Shown here: positions 56,030 through 64,000 of the stretch, piece after piece
Layout of the letters: every line of letters begins with the position of its first letter
Numbering within the stretch: the first letter of the stretch is position 1
IMG/VR virus record: IMGVR_UViG_3300042484_002006
Reading direction: 5' to 3' (one strand)
Source: a virus
DNA: 64,000 bases
Translations under genes and position numbers: made by a program
Notes under the pieces: model-generated
Database searches by the model: none
What the model was told of the DNA's origin: nothing
What the model saw: the letters and a program-made list of their open reading frames with translations, nothing else

Positions 56030-58429
56030 TCAGCTCCCTATGTCCTTAATAATCGGACTTGCTGATGCGGGCAACCATGAATAGGTTCCGTCTTGAACAC
56101 GCTTCAAAGCACGTACATAGAACATGTACGGTTGCATTTCGCTCTTAGCGTTGAACGAGAACAGCCACTGATCATGGTTTGCTCCTGGCATTTGAGCCTT
56201 CGCGAGGATAGCTTGGTGAGCTAAGCACAAGATCTTACGATCAGTACGTTCTTCACCATGCTCTTCATCGCTCTTGGTCATCAGCTCTACGAAGTAATCA
56301 CACCAGGTGAGACTACTGTTTCGAGCTGCTTGATGAACCTCTTTAATCTTAACCAGTTTCTTCCAAGCGTTTGCGCGCTCTTCTGGAGTCCAGTTGATGT
56401 TCGCCAGCACTTCGGGCATAACGACTTGACTATTCAGCCAATCCGTCATTTCCTTAATGTACTGACGCACAAGGTTCTCACGCTCCTTATGGAGTGTGAC
56501 CCAAGGCGATGCTTCCTCGGATGAGGTTTCCCATAACTCTGCCAACGGTGCTGGCATCCGGGTCATGAACCAGAAGCGGTCCATTTCCCAGTTGAGCTTT
56601 TCGCCCATCGTGGTGAATGTGTTGTCGATCCATTGCTTGATCAACTGCACATCCTCCAGAGAAGCTTGCCCCTGCTGAAGAACATCAACGATGTCTTCGT
56701 TAGTTGCAACCAACTCCTCAATGGGCTTCCCGAACTGAGCGTACCAGATCATCTTTGGGATGACCGTTCCGCCCATTCCTGGTGGAAAAGCTTGTGATGC
56801 AAGCCGAACAGCCGACTCATCCTCCAGCGAGAACACGTCACCACGCTTACGTGGATTAGTGATCGCCGGAAGTGAACCGATGTTCAGATGCTTCTTCAGC
56901 TTTGTGAACTGCGGAACCTTACTAGATAGTTCCTGCAGATCCACCAGCGGGGGCTCAGCACCATAGTCGTGGAATACCGGTCCGGTCTCCTTAATCGGAA
57001 TCATCGCATACTCACCGAAATCATTCGGATTGCGCATGACAATTCCCATCAACTTGACCTTGCCCTTACTATCTAACACACGGCGCACATGCACCTTAAC
57101 TGTGTCATCTAGGTCCGGGCCTCCCCAGTTCTCAAAGTTATCCTTCAAGAACTGGCCAGGCACCACGAAGCTGTGGGTAGCCTCATGAAAGAAGCCTTCG
57201 TTACCAGCGGGCATCTTAAACCCACCGATTTCGAGGACTTCCTTGGTATAGATGTGAGCGGCATAAGCCCACGACACTGGAAACCAGTGACGAGACTTGT
57301 CCATCCACACCTCACCCTGACGATTGTCGCCCAACAGCTGCTTTCGCAAACCATTAACCGACAGGAACATCAAGGTTTGACTGGCATTCAGGGGTACACC
57401 CAACTTGCTAAGTTGAGCAACCGCATGCTGAATCTTGCCAACTAGGCCACGATCCTTTGCATACTTTACCTCCGACTCTTCATGTAGGATAGACCCACTG
57501 CTTTCAGCGAGTTTCTCCATCCATTCAGAGCGTTTGCCAGCCACCAAGTCCTCCTTGAATTGCTTCAAAGAGGATTCCAAGGTAGCCAGGAGTGAGTCGT
57601 GGTCATACAACCCTTTCACATCCCAGTAAATGGAATGTGTCAGATCGTCAGACTTCACAGGAATCGTCCCGTAAGACGGCTCCAGTGTGACCCATTGCCA
57701 CCCGCTTGTTCGGATCTCAGCCTTGATATTCGGAGCAAACGTCCGAACTTCGTAGCCTTTCATCTGCTTACGAGGAGTGATCACGGCATTGCCTTTGATC
57801 TCTCCAAGCGCGCAGAGCATCCGGAACTGCACAACGACAAGACTGCCATTGCGAATGTTCCAGATCATCCGAGCCCGCCAAGCACGCGTAGCCGAAGTAT
57901 TCGACTTCACGCACTTGATTGCGAGCCCACGGGTGATGAACGTCGCACCGTCCACATATTCGTCAGGCATGCCCAACGCTTTGTGATCGATAACGTCGAC
58001 CTCAAGAGCCTTGTCCTCGGGGATGTAGAGCCACATGCACGACATGCGCACGAGCTCTACAAGCCTCTTCGACATCTTCTTGGAATTCCCGATCAGAAGA
58101 CCGATTTCCTTGAATGCCGAGAGCCAGCCATTGTTGCCCTTAATGCGCAACATGTACTGATCCGAGGAGTTACTCCAACGAATTACTTCGCTAGAGAATA
58201 GCTCCTTATTGGTCACCGCAGGTGCGCTTTCCACCGATCCAACCTTACGGCTGAACAGCTTACGCACCTCGACGCGGTACTTCCCACCCCAGAAGTGCTC
58301 CAGGAACGCTGGGACGTATTGTCCTCCCTGAAACTCTTCTTTGATGTTGGTACCCGGGACGTGAGCCGCACCAGTCAGCAGCCGAAGCCACCTTCCAGCG
58401 AGGACCACAATGCCATGGAAATACGGCAT
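56030..58429 (-). CDS. putative single-chain two-barrel RNA polymerase (YonO/QDE-1-like), paralog B
   Basis: KMSKRL, DGATFITRGLA, VQFRMLCALGEIKGNAVI, GGPDLDDTVKVHV, RNPNDFGEY; start set at ATG 58429 after a GGGAG SD. Confidence 0.7.
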   Translation of the reverse strand: MPYFHGIVVLAGRWLRLLTGAAHVPGTNIKEEFQGGQYVPAFLEHFWGGKYRVEVRKLFSRKVGSVESAPAVTNKELFSSEVIRWSNSSDQYMLRIKGNNGWLSAFKEIGLLIGNSKKMSKRLVELVRMSCMWLYIPEDKALEVDVIDHKALGMPDEYVDGATFITRGLAIKCVKSNTSATRAWRARMIWNIRNGSLVVVQFRMLCALGEIKGNAVITPRKQMKGYEVRTFAPNIKAEIRTSGWQWVTLEPSYGTIPVKSDDLTHSIYWDVKGLYDHDSLLATLESSLKQFKEDLVAGKRSEWMEKLAESSGSILHEESEVKYAKDRGLVGKIQHAVAQLSKLGVPLNASQTLMFLSVNGLRKQLLGDNRQGEVWMDKSRHWFPVSWAYAAHIYTKEVLEIGGFKMPAGNEGFFHEATHSFVVPGQFLKDNFENWGGPDLDDTVKVHVRRVLDSKGKVKLMGIVMRNPNDFGEYAMIPIKETGPVFHDYGAEPPLVDLQELSSKVPQFTKLKKHLNIGSLPAITNPRKRGDVFSLEDESAVRLASQAFPPGMGGTVIPKMIWYAQFGKPIEELVATNEDIVDVLQQGQASLEDVQLIKQWIDNTFTTMGEKLNWEMDRFWFMTRMPAPLAELWETSSEEASPWVTLHKERENLVRQYIKEMTDWLNSQVVMPEVLANINWTPEERANAWKKLVKIKEVHQAARNSSLTWCDYFVELMTKSDEEHGEERTDRKILCLAHQAILAKAQMPGANHDQWLFSFNAKSEMQPYMFYVRALKRVQDGTYSWLPASASPIIKDIGS

Positions 58430-58722
58430 CTCTCCCTCCCTTTCTGTGTGCTTTTCTACAGAGCACATACTGTTGGCCCTGGCGTGGAACCTTACGTGTG
58501 ACTAAAGGCCAATGGCCTATCGTCAAAAAAAGGAATCTAAGGTCAGTAAGCAATACTCTTAGGTGAAGGGTCTATTATTACTAAATTAAGCAATTGAGTA
58601 TCAACAATGATATTCATTACATTTCTACCTCCTGTTTAAGGGCCAACGATCTATTGGCAAAAAAAGGAAGTCCCCAGGGATTTCTCCCTAGGGACAACCT
58701 TTTACTTATTTATTGACTATTA

Positions 58723-58941
58723 CTATTGTGCGTCGTTGATATTTTGTTCGCACACTGGACAAATCATCCAGTTTCCAACAAACGAATAGCAGATTTCACT
58801 GCCTTGGGCGACTAAAGCCCTAGTGCATTCAACACATGCAATTTTATCCATCTGATAGTCTAAGACATTGAAATGCCCTAAACTGTGTGGGACTTTGGGG
58901 TACAAAACTGTATCCCAATTTGTTGAATATTTCTTCTTCAT
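58723..58941 (-). CDS. small Zn-ribbon protein
   Basis: CVEC...CPVC; SD GGAGG. Confidence 0.7.
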   Translation of the reverse strand: MKKKYSTNWDTVLYPKVPHSLGHFNVLDYQMDKIACVECTRALVAQGSEICYSFVGNWMICPVCEQNINDAQ

Positions 58942-59059
58942 AGTTTGCTGACCTCCATCAGCTAGTGATCTAGACCACTTTGGTCTATCTCAAAAAAAGG
59001 AAGTTCCCGGGAAATATCTCCCGAGAACCTCCTTCTTTCACTTACTTAATTTTTCTTAC

Positions 59060-59335
59060 TTACTTACTTGGTTTGCCGTATTCCCTTCTCTTTCTTTCAG
59101 CTTCCTCTTCTTGTTGGCGCATGTACTGCTCTTGAAGTTCAAAGCGTGCCAAGTCATACTCCGCTTGCGCTTCAGCCTCCGCCATCAATATAGAAACGGT
59201 GTGCTTCCATTCTTCCAGTTCAGCTTCCAGTTCTTGACACTTCAAACATTTAGGGACTACCTGCCTAGTAAGCTCCGAATCTTCAAGATCTGGAACCCAC
59301 ATAGGATCTTCATCCCATGGTCCATTAACTGACAT
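59060..59335 (-). CDS. coiled-coil hypothetical protein
   Basis: CLKC; directly after a repeat and SD. Confidence 0.7.
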   Translation of the reverse strand: MSVNGPWDEDPMWVPDLEDSELTRQVVPKCLKCQELEAELEEWKHTVSILMAEAEAQAEYDLARFELQEQYMRQQEEEAERKRREYGKPSK

Positions 59336-59451
59336 GATTTCCTTTCTTGGACTGGCCCCAGTGGCCTATCCTCAAAAAAAGGGTAGGGTCCTTACCCCAG
59401 AGATCCTAAGATCCCCAGGGTAAGGAGCGGTTTCATGGACAACGAGGTTTG

Positions 59452-59616
59452 TCAGTCCTCGCTTTTTGCTGCGATCCAACCGCCAATAACGCAATAACCC
59501 GTTATGACAGTCAGCATAAACACAATGAACCAGCCTGGGCTAGCCATTGTAATTACACCGAACATCGCCAAGAACAAGGCGATGTGGATAGCAACCATGG
59601 TTTTGTTAAGAGCCAT
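59452..59616 (-). CDS. 54-aa two-TM membrane protein (not in the ORF track)
   Basis: MALNKTMVAI...; paralog of 59733..59897. Confidence 0.75.
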   Translation of the reverse strand: MALNKTMVAIHIALFLAMFGVITMASPGWFIVFMLTVITGYCVIGGWIAAKSED

Positions 59617-59732
59617 GGTTTCCTTTCCTGGACTGGCCTGGATGGCCTATCCTCAAAAAAAAGGGTAGGGTCCTTACCCCAGGGATCCGAAGATCCCCAG
59701 GGTAAGGAACGGTTTCATGGACAGAGAGAGAA

Positions 59733-59897
59733 CTAGTCCCTCTCTATGCTGCTCAGCACGGTGCCGACTATAGCGTAAGCTATAATCACACTGGGGAGAC
59801 CAACAATGATCCACCCGAAGGTGGCCTTTGCTAGTAGGCCCCACATTGCCGCTGCTACGACAATGGTGATGGCAACCATGGTTTTGTAAAAAGCCAT
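59733..59897 (-). CDS. 54-aa two-TM membrane protein
   Basis: MAFYKTMVAI...; true start after the repeat SD. Confidence 0.75.
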   Translation of the reverse strand: MAFYKTMVAITIVVAAAMWGLLAKATFGWIIVGLPSVIIAYAIVGTVLSSIERD

Positions 59898-59982
59898 GGC
59901 TTCCTTTCTGGACTGGCCCGAGTGGCCTATCCTCAAAAAAAGGAAGTTCCCAGGGATTTCTCCCCAGGAACAACCTTCTTTG

Positions 59983-60360
59983 TTAGGCTTCCCACCTTTC
60001 TCTCATGCGCTGCACCATTTCAGGTGAAACGCCGTGGATGTTACCGTACGACCCGGTACACACGATTACCTCGTGATCTGCACCAAGCTCTTGTGCTAAG
60101 TTAATATACTTAGCAAACTCCCACGTCCGGGTGAACGTGTTAGCTACGGCTACCACTGGGGTACCCATAACAAGAGCTTCTCGCACTGCCTCAAAGCACT
60201 TTTCGTGCACTTCAGCAAGGCGAGAGGGGTCAAATTCGTACTTACCCGAAGCGTCTACCATATAGGTATCTGCTTCAAAGCACGCATTGGGTGCCATCTC
60301 GGCAGCCAACGTACTTTTACCCGAACCGGGTAAGCCACGAATGATTAGGAGCTTTGTCAT
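59983..60360 (-). CDS. P-loop kinase (AAA_33/PNK/N4BP2-like)
   Basis: IIRGLPGSGKST, EAD, NTF, HGV. Confidence 0.85.
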   Translation of the reverse strand: MTKLLIIRGLPGSGKSTLAAEMAPNACFEADTYMVDASGKYEFDPSRLAEVHEKCFEAVREALVMGTPVVAVANTFTRTWEFAKYINLAQELGADHEVIVCTGSYGNIHGVSPEMVQRMRERWEA

Positions 60361-60539
60361 TGCTCCCTCTCCTTTCTTGGACTGGCCTGGATGGCCTATC
60401 CTCAAAAAAAAGGTAGGGTCTCTACCCTAGGGATCCGAAGATCCCCAGGGTAGGGACGAGTTGTCTCCATTCTGTTCCCAGGGTAGGAGTGTTCACCCCG
60501 GCTACTCTCTTTCAAGTAGCGGCTTGTGGGACGAGGTTC

Positions 60540-60716
60540 TCAGAGAGAATCGATACACTGCCCGTGAACGAGCGGCATAGATTCATCCCTGGTCCGGTGA
60601 ACCGTTGTTCCAAGTTCCCCTGTAGGGAGCTTGTACCAGTGATCCACCACCTCTTCTACAGTTATGTCCTGTCCGCAAAGCGAACAAACACCAACCGAGT
60701 CCCAGGTGGGAGCCAT
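60540..60716 (-). CDS. small Zn-binding-like protein
   Basis: CSLC...HGQC; SD GAAAGGAGGT. Confidence 0.65.
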   Translation of the reverse strand: MAPTWDSVGVCSLCGQDITVEEVVDHWYKLPTGELGTTVHRTRDESMPLVHGQCIDSL

Positions 60717-60853
60717 TATTTCACCTCCTTTCGTTGGTGAGTTGTGGACTGACCCCAATGGTCTATCCTCAAAAAAAAGGAGTTCCCTCCTACGCTGGAT
60801 GCGTAAGAGAGAACTCCAATTCTTTTGTTAAGCTGGACTCATCAGCTTAGTTG

Positions 60854-61300
60854 TCAGATTACAGTTTGAGCGCGTACAACTCGCCCAAATTGATCCTCCA
60901 ACCTGTCACCTAACAGATTGATTTCACTCTCTGAAATCTGATTACTGATGGTGATTGTGGGCAAGCTGTTTACCTGCCATTCAACTACGTAAAGGGCAGA
61001 ATCAATCTGCTCAATGTCATAGCCCATTTGGCATCCGATGTGGAATTGGTTGCCGTGATTTTCCACTCGTTCAGCTTCATTAACGATTGTCCAATCCCAG
61101 TACGAGATATTGGACATTGCATTCCACCACTGATTGGTGGGGTTGGGCTGGTGGTGGCAATCACGACCACCCATGCGCACCGTGGTTGAGACGAGACCGT
61201 CAACAACGATCACCTCTGATGCGAGCATGGTGATGCCATTGCTCATGATGATATTTCCCAAAATCCTGAGCATCAGGATTCTGATTTGCATTTCGTTCAT
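60854..61300 (-). CDS. hypothetical protein
   Basis: SD AGGAGG; start uncertain. Confidence 0.55.
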   Translation of the reverse strand: MNEMQIRILMLRILGNIIMSNGITMLASEVIVVDGLVSTTVRMGGRDCHHQPNPTNQWWNAMSNISYWDWTIVNEAERVENHGNQFHIGCQMGYDIEQIDSALYVVEWQVNSLPTITISNQISESEINLLGDRLEDQFGRVVRAQTVI

Positions 61301-61579
61301 AATTCCTCCTAGGAATCATAATACGCAGTTAAGGCTCGCGTAGTCTCCTAGTCTTTTAAATTGCAGGTGTTCTATAGTCTGCAACGCTAACAATGTGACA
61401 AACATCGCCTGGTTTTATACTAAACAGATACCAGATTTAAGGACAATGGTCTATCCTCAAAAAAGGAAGTTTCCTCCAGGATTCGAAAATCCCAGAGGAA
61501 ACAACCTCTTTAGCGCTTCTGTTCCCAAGTTGCGCCAACTCGGCCACTCTCTTACAAGTGGCGGTGTCCAATCGCCTGA

Positions 61580-61819
61580 TTATTCCCAGGAGATCGAGGA
61601 TCCAGACCTCAGGGACTCAATAGCAATTTCTGCTATCAATCCCCGATCATCTGCATTCACAATCTTATGAAGATTCTGAACGAGATGTTCTGGGTCCATC
61701 GATCCAGTCCAATCGGATTCCTCTGCGCTAGGAAGACCTAGTTGGCAGAGGACATAGTCAAAATGACTATATGTCCAAGAGGCTCGATCCTCGTTTCCGA
61801 GGAAGATGGAGACACCCAT
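61580..61819 (-). CDS. hypothetical protein
   Basis: SD GAAAGGAGGT. Confidence 0.7.
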   Translation of the reverse strand: MGVSIFLGNEDRASWTYSHFDYVLCQLGLPSAEESDWTGSMDPEHLVQNLHKIVNADDRGLIAEIAIESLRSGSSISWE

Positions 61820-61990
61820 GTTTTCACCTCCTTTCTGGGGTGATATAGGGAGGCCGAATGCCTATCCCAAAAAAAGGAAGTTTCCCCAGGATCCGAAGAT
61901 CCCAGGGAAACAACCTCTTTAGTGATTTTTCTGTTCCCAAGAGTCACTACTTCTTGGCCACCCGTGTCGTGGCAGCTTGGTTGATTGTGA

Positions 61991-62272
61991 TCAGTCCTTT
62001 GTCAAAAGAATCAACTGACCAGCGTAAACCTTCGTTCCGTAGATACCGGTAACAAAGTATCTTGCGGAAGTCAGATCGCCTTCACAGTGATCTTCTAACA
62101 AAGTCCAGATTGAATCCCCCTGCTCTACGAACGCCGCAGACACATCACATGTGTAAGCGGGCTCTGTTGCTTCACGGTGGATTCCGCGAGCAACAAAGAA
62201 CAGAAGAACAACAATCAACGCAACGAGAATACGCCTTGCGACGTAGACTCGCCTTGCTGGCTTTGCCTTCAT
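61991..62272 (-). CDS. membrane-anchored LysM-domain protein (YneA/ChiZ-like architecture)
   Basis: basic N-terminus, TM segment, VEQGDSIW...VYAGQLILL. Confidence 0.7.
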   Translation of the reverse strand: MKAKPARRVYVARRILVALIVVLLFFVARGIHREATEPAYTCDVSAAFVEQGDSIWTLLEDHCEGDLTSARYFVTGIYGTKVYAGQLILLTKD

Positions 62273-62423
62273 TGTTTCACCTCCTTTCCGAGGTATTATG
62301 GACGGGCTTGTTGCCTATCCTCAAAAAAAGAAGTTCCCCGGAATCCGAAGATCCCGAGGAACAACTTTCTTCTATAGTGTGTCTTTGCTAGTGCGCAAGG
62401 TAAGACACTACCCTCCCACTACC

Positions 62424-62714
62424 TCAAATAAAGGTAGTGTTCTTTATGATCTCATTGGGATCAGTTCCCAAGAGATGCATAAAGACAGGGTTGAGAAGAC
62501 GAATCTCCTCGACCCTGTCACCCAAGAGGACAACTGCGTACAAAGCGAATATATCGCCTGCACAAGCAATGTGCTCAAAGGTGACTCCATCGGCCTGGTA
62601 GCCAATGGAGCGACCATCGTGACCCTCACGGATCACGACGATCTTTCCATCAAGGGGTATTAATCCCACGATGGAATTGTTGGTGGTTGCCCACCATTGG
62701 ATATCGAGTTTCAT
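62424..62714 (-). CDS. hypothetical protein
   Basis: SD AAAGGAGG. Confidence 0.6.
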   Translation of the reverse strand: MKLDIQWWATTNNSIVGLIPLDGKIVVIREGHDGRSIGYQADGVTFEHIACAGDIFALYAVVLLGDRVEEIRLLNPVFMHLLGTDPNEIIKNTTFI

Positions 62715-62893
62715 CTCGACCTCCTTTGTCACTTTGCCGGTGTTGGCAGGGCTGTGACTCATGCCCTTGGACTGGCGCGGTTGGCCTATCCTCAAAAAAA
62801 GAAGTTCCCAGGGACCTAAATCCCCGGGAACAACTTTTTCTATAATGCGTCTTTGCTAGTATGCAAGGTAAAACGCTGCCCTTTGTCCAGTCA

Positions 62894-63133
62894 CTACCCT
62901 AAGGTAATGACTGGACGGATCGCAATGCCACGAAGGCGCTGCGATGAGAACTGGGTGAACACGATGATCGTTTGACCATCCTGCTCATCCAATTCCGGGA
63001 TGGAAATTGAGCCGTAAAATTCGACCCAATCTCCCTCGGGGTTCTCAACATGACCATAAGTCATGCTGGACCCGATTTCGACAACAAAGGTATTACCCTT
63101 TATTGTCCTGAATTTGTGGATTCCCATTTTCAT
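62894..63133 (-). CDS. hypothetical protein
   Basis: directly after a repeat and SD. Confidence 0.65.
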   Translation of the reverse strand: MKMGIHKFRTIKGNTFVVEIGSSMTYGHVENPEGDWVEFYGSISIPELDEQDGQTIIVFTQFSSQRLRGIAIRPVITLG

Positions 63134-63226
63134 GGTTACCCCCTTCTGGACTGATCCCATTGATCTATCCTCAAAAAAAAAGTTTCCCCAGGATCCGAAG
63201 ACCCCAGGGAAACAACTTTTTCTAAA

Positions 63227-63325
63227 TTACTTCTTCTTGTTATAGAAGAATAACGGCGCAATCGCCATTATGCAGCACACCACGAATATGGTGTTGCCAA
63301 TCATAAAGAACATGTTATCTGACAT
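63227..63325 (-). CDS. 32-aa single-TM peptide
   Basis: after a repeat and SD; hydrophobic core with a KKK tail. Confidence 0.55.
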   Translation of the reverse strand: MSDNMFFMIGNTIFVVCCIMAIAPLFFYNKKK

Positions 63326-63458
63326 AACAATTCCCCTTTCAAGAGAATGAGTTAGGAGCCTTTCTCCTATCCTCAAAAAAAGAAGTTTCCCCCAAGGCAA
63401 ATGCCCCAGGGGAAACAACTTCTTTCAGGCAGGATGGGTCATCATCCTACCTAATTAA

Positions 63459-63683
63459 CTAGAGGTCGTCATCCTCGTCTGACTTAAATGGGTTAAACCC
63501 ACTAAAGTCAAACTTGTTGTTGAGCTTAACACCCAACACAACGATGCCAACAAGGATCAGAAGACCCCAGTTGACAAAGCCCGATACTACACCGAGCAAC
63601 CCGAACACTACCTTACTTGTTGGTGTAAATACCAACAAGAGAACTAGTGCGAAGTACTTATTGTTCTTAATGAATTGCAACAT
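63459..63683 (-). CDS. small membrane protein
   Basis: hydrophobic hairpin; SD GGAGG. Confidence 0.65.
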   Translation of the reverse strand: MLQFIKNNKYFALVLLLVFTPTSKVVFGLLGVVSGFVNWGLLILVGIVVLGVKLNNKFDFSGFNPFKSDEDDDL

Positions 63684-64000
63684 GATTTCCTCCAAGAAAC
63701 ATGCCTTTGTTCAACTTAACGTATTGAACGTGATTATTACGAATGGTAAAACCATCTTCCATGTCTACTCTTTAACGCGAGTGAATCCGTTGGCCCATGG
63801 CGAACCTTACTAAAGGACAATGACCTATCCTCAAAAAAGGAAGTTCCCCAGAATCATAAGATCCTGAGGAACCACCTTCTCCGTACCTACCCTACTAGGT
63901 ACTGCTTATATCAGATACGGATATAGTTCTTCGTATCTTCTGACAACTTAACAGTGCGTCCACCGTTAGCTGTCAGATGCTTGAATGATGCATGTGCACC

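Larger units (their letters stand above)
54974..63880 (-). repeat. dispersed terminator + GAGGATAG-hairpin + SD cassette, 17 copies
   Basis: cores at 54974, 55774, 58507, 58641, 58971, 59349, 59630, 59910, 60379, 60746, 61441, 61848, 62300, 62769, 63148, 63353, 63815. Confidence 0.95.

Noticed and set aside
54986-62663. Plus-strand ORFs beginning M..YPQK(K) and minus-strand N-terminal extensions MRIGH...
   Set aside because: Artefacts of translating through the repeat (TATCCTCAAAAAA); true starts follow the SD.
54974-63880. CRISPR array
   Set aside because: Intervals between repeats are variable (about 130 bp to 2.7 kb) and mostly contain genes with SD sites; no cas genes.
54974-63880. Integron attC cassette array
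   Set aside because: No tyrosine integrase in the window and no RYYYAAC/GTTRRRY ends; the large hairpins look like U-tailed terminators.
1-64000. Prophage integration module or assignment to a named phage family
   Set aside because: No integrase, att site, capsid, terminase or DNA polymerase gene in the window.

Overview
A 64-kb segment of a large, AT-rich tailed phage genome. The host is most likely an actinobacterium (two WhiB proteins, two DUF732-like lipoproteins, actinobacterial-type LysM and SLT proteins). No capsid, terminase or DNA polymerase gene is in the window, so the phage family cannot be assigned. Plus strand, 1-9.2 kb: Gly-rich and His-rich virion-like proteins followed by three 2OG-Fe(II) oxygenases, a Trp-halogenase-family enzyme and a methyltransferase-like protein. 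Minus strand, 9.3-64 kb: WhiB, HTH, KTSC, UDG, SSB and MerR-type genes; a ubiquitin-like conjugation cluster (E1/ThiF, JAB, a Ubl ending in GEKG, three E2-like proteins and an AAA+ ATPase; 18.6-30.7 kb); seven tRNAs; an SF2 helicase; and two paralogous ~800-850 aa proteins with the motifs of single-chain two-barrel (YonO/QDE-1-like) RNA polymerases but an atypical DxDD catalytic loop. From 54.9 to 63.9 kb, in a GC-richer region, nearly every gene is preceded by a repeated cassette (17 copies): intrinsic terminator, U-tract, GAGGATAG, a covarying hairpin, then an SD. The best leads are (i) these polymerases with the hairpin cassettes as a possible self-contained phage transcription system and (ii) the phage-borne ubiquitin-like pathway. 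All family calls come from motif recognition by eye; no database searches were run.
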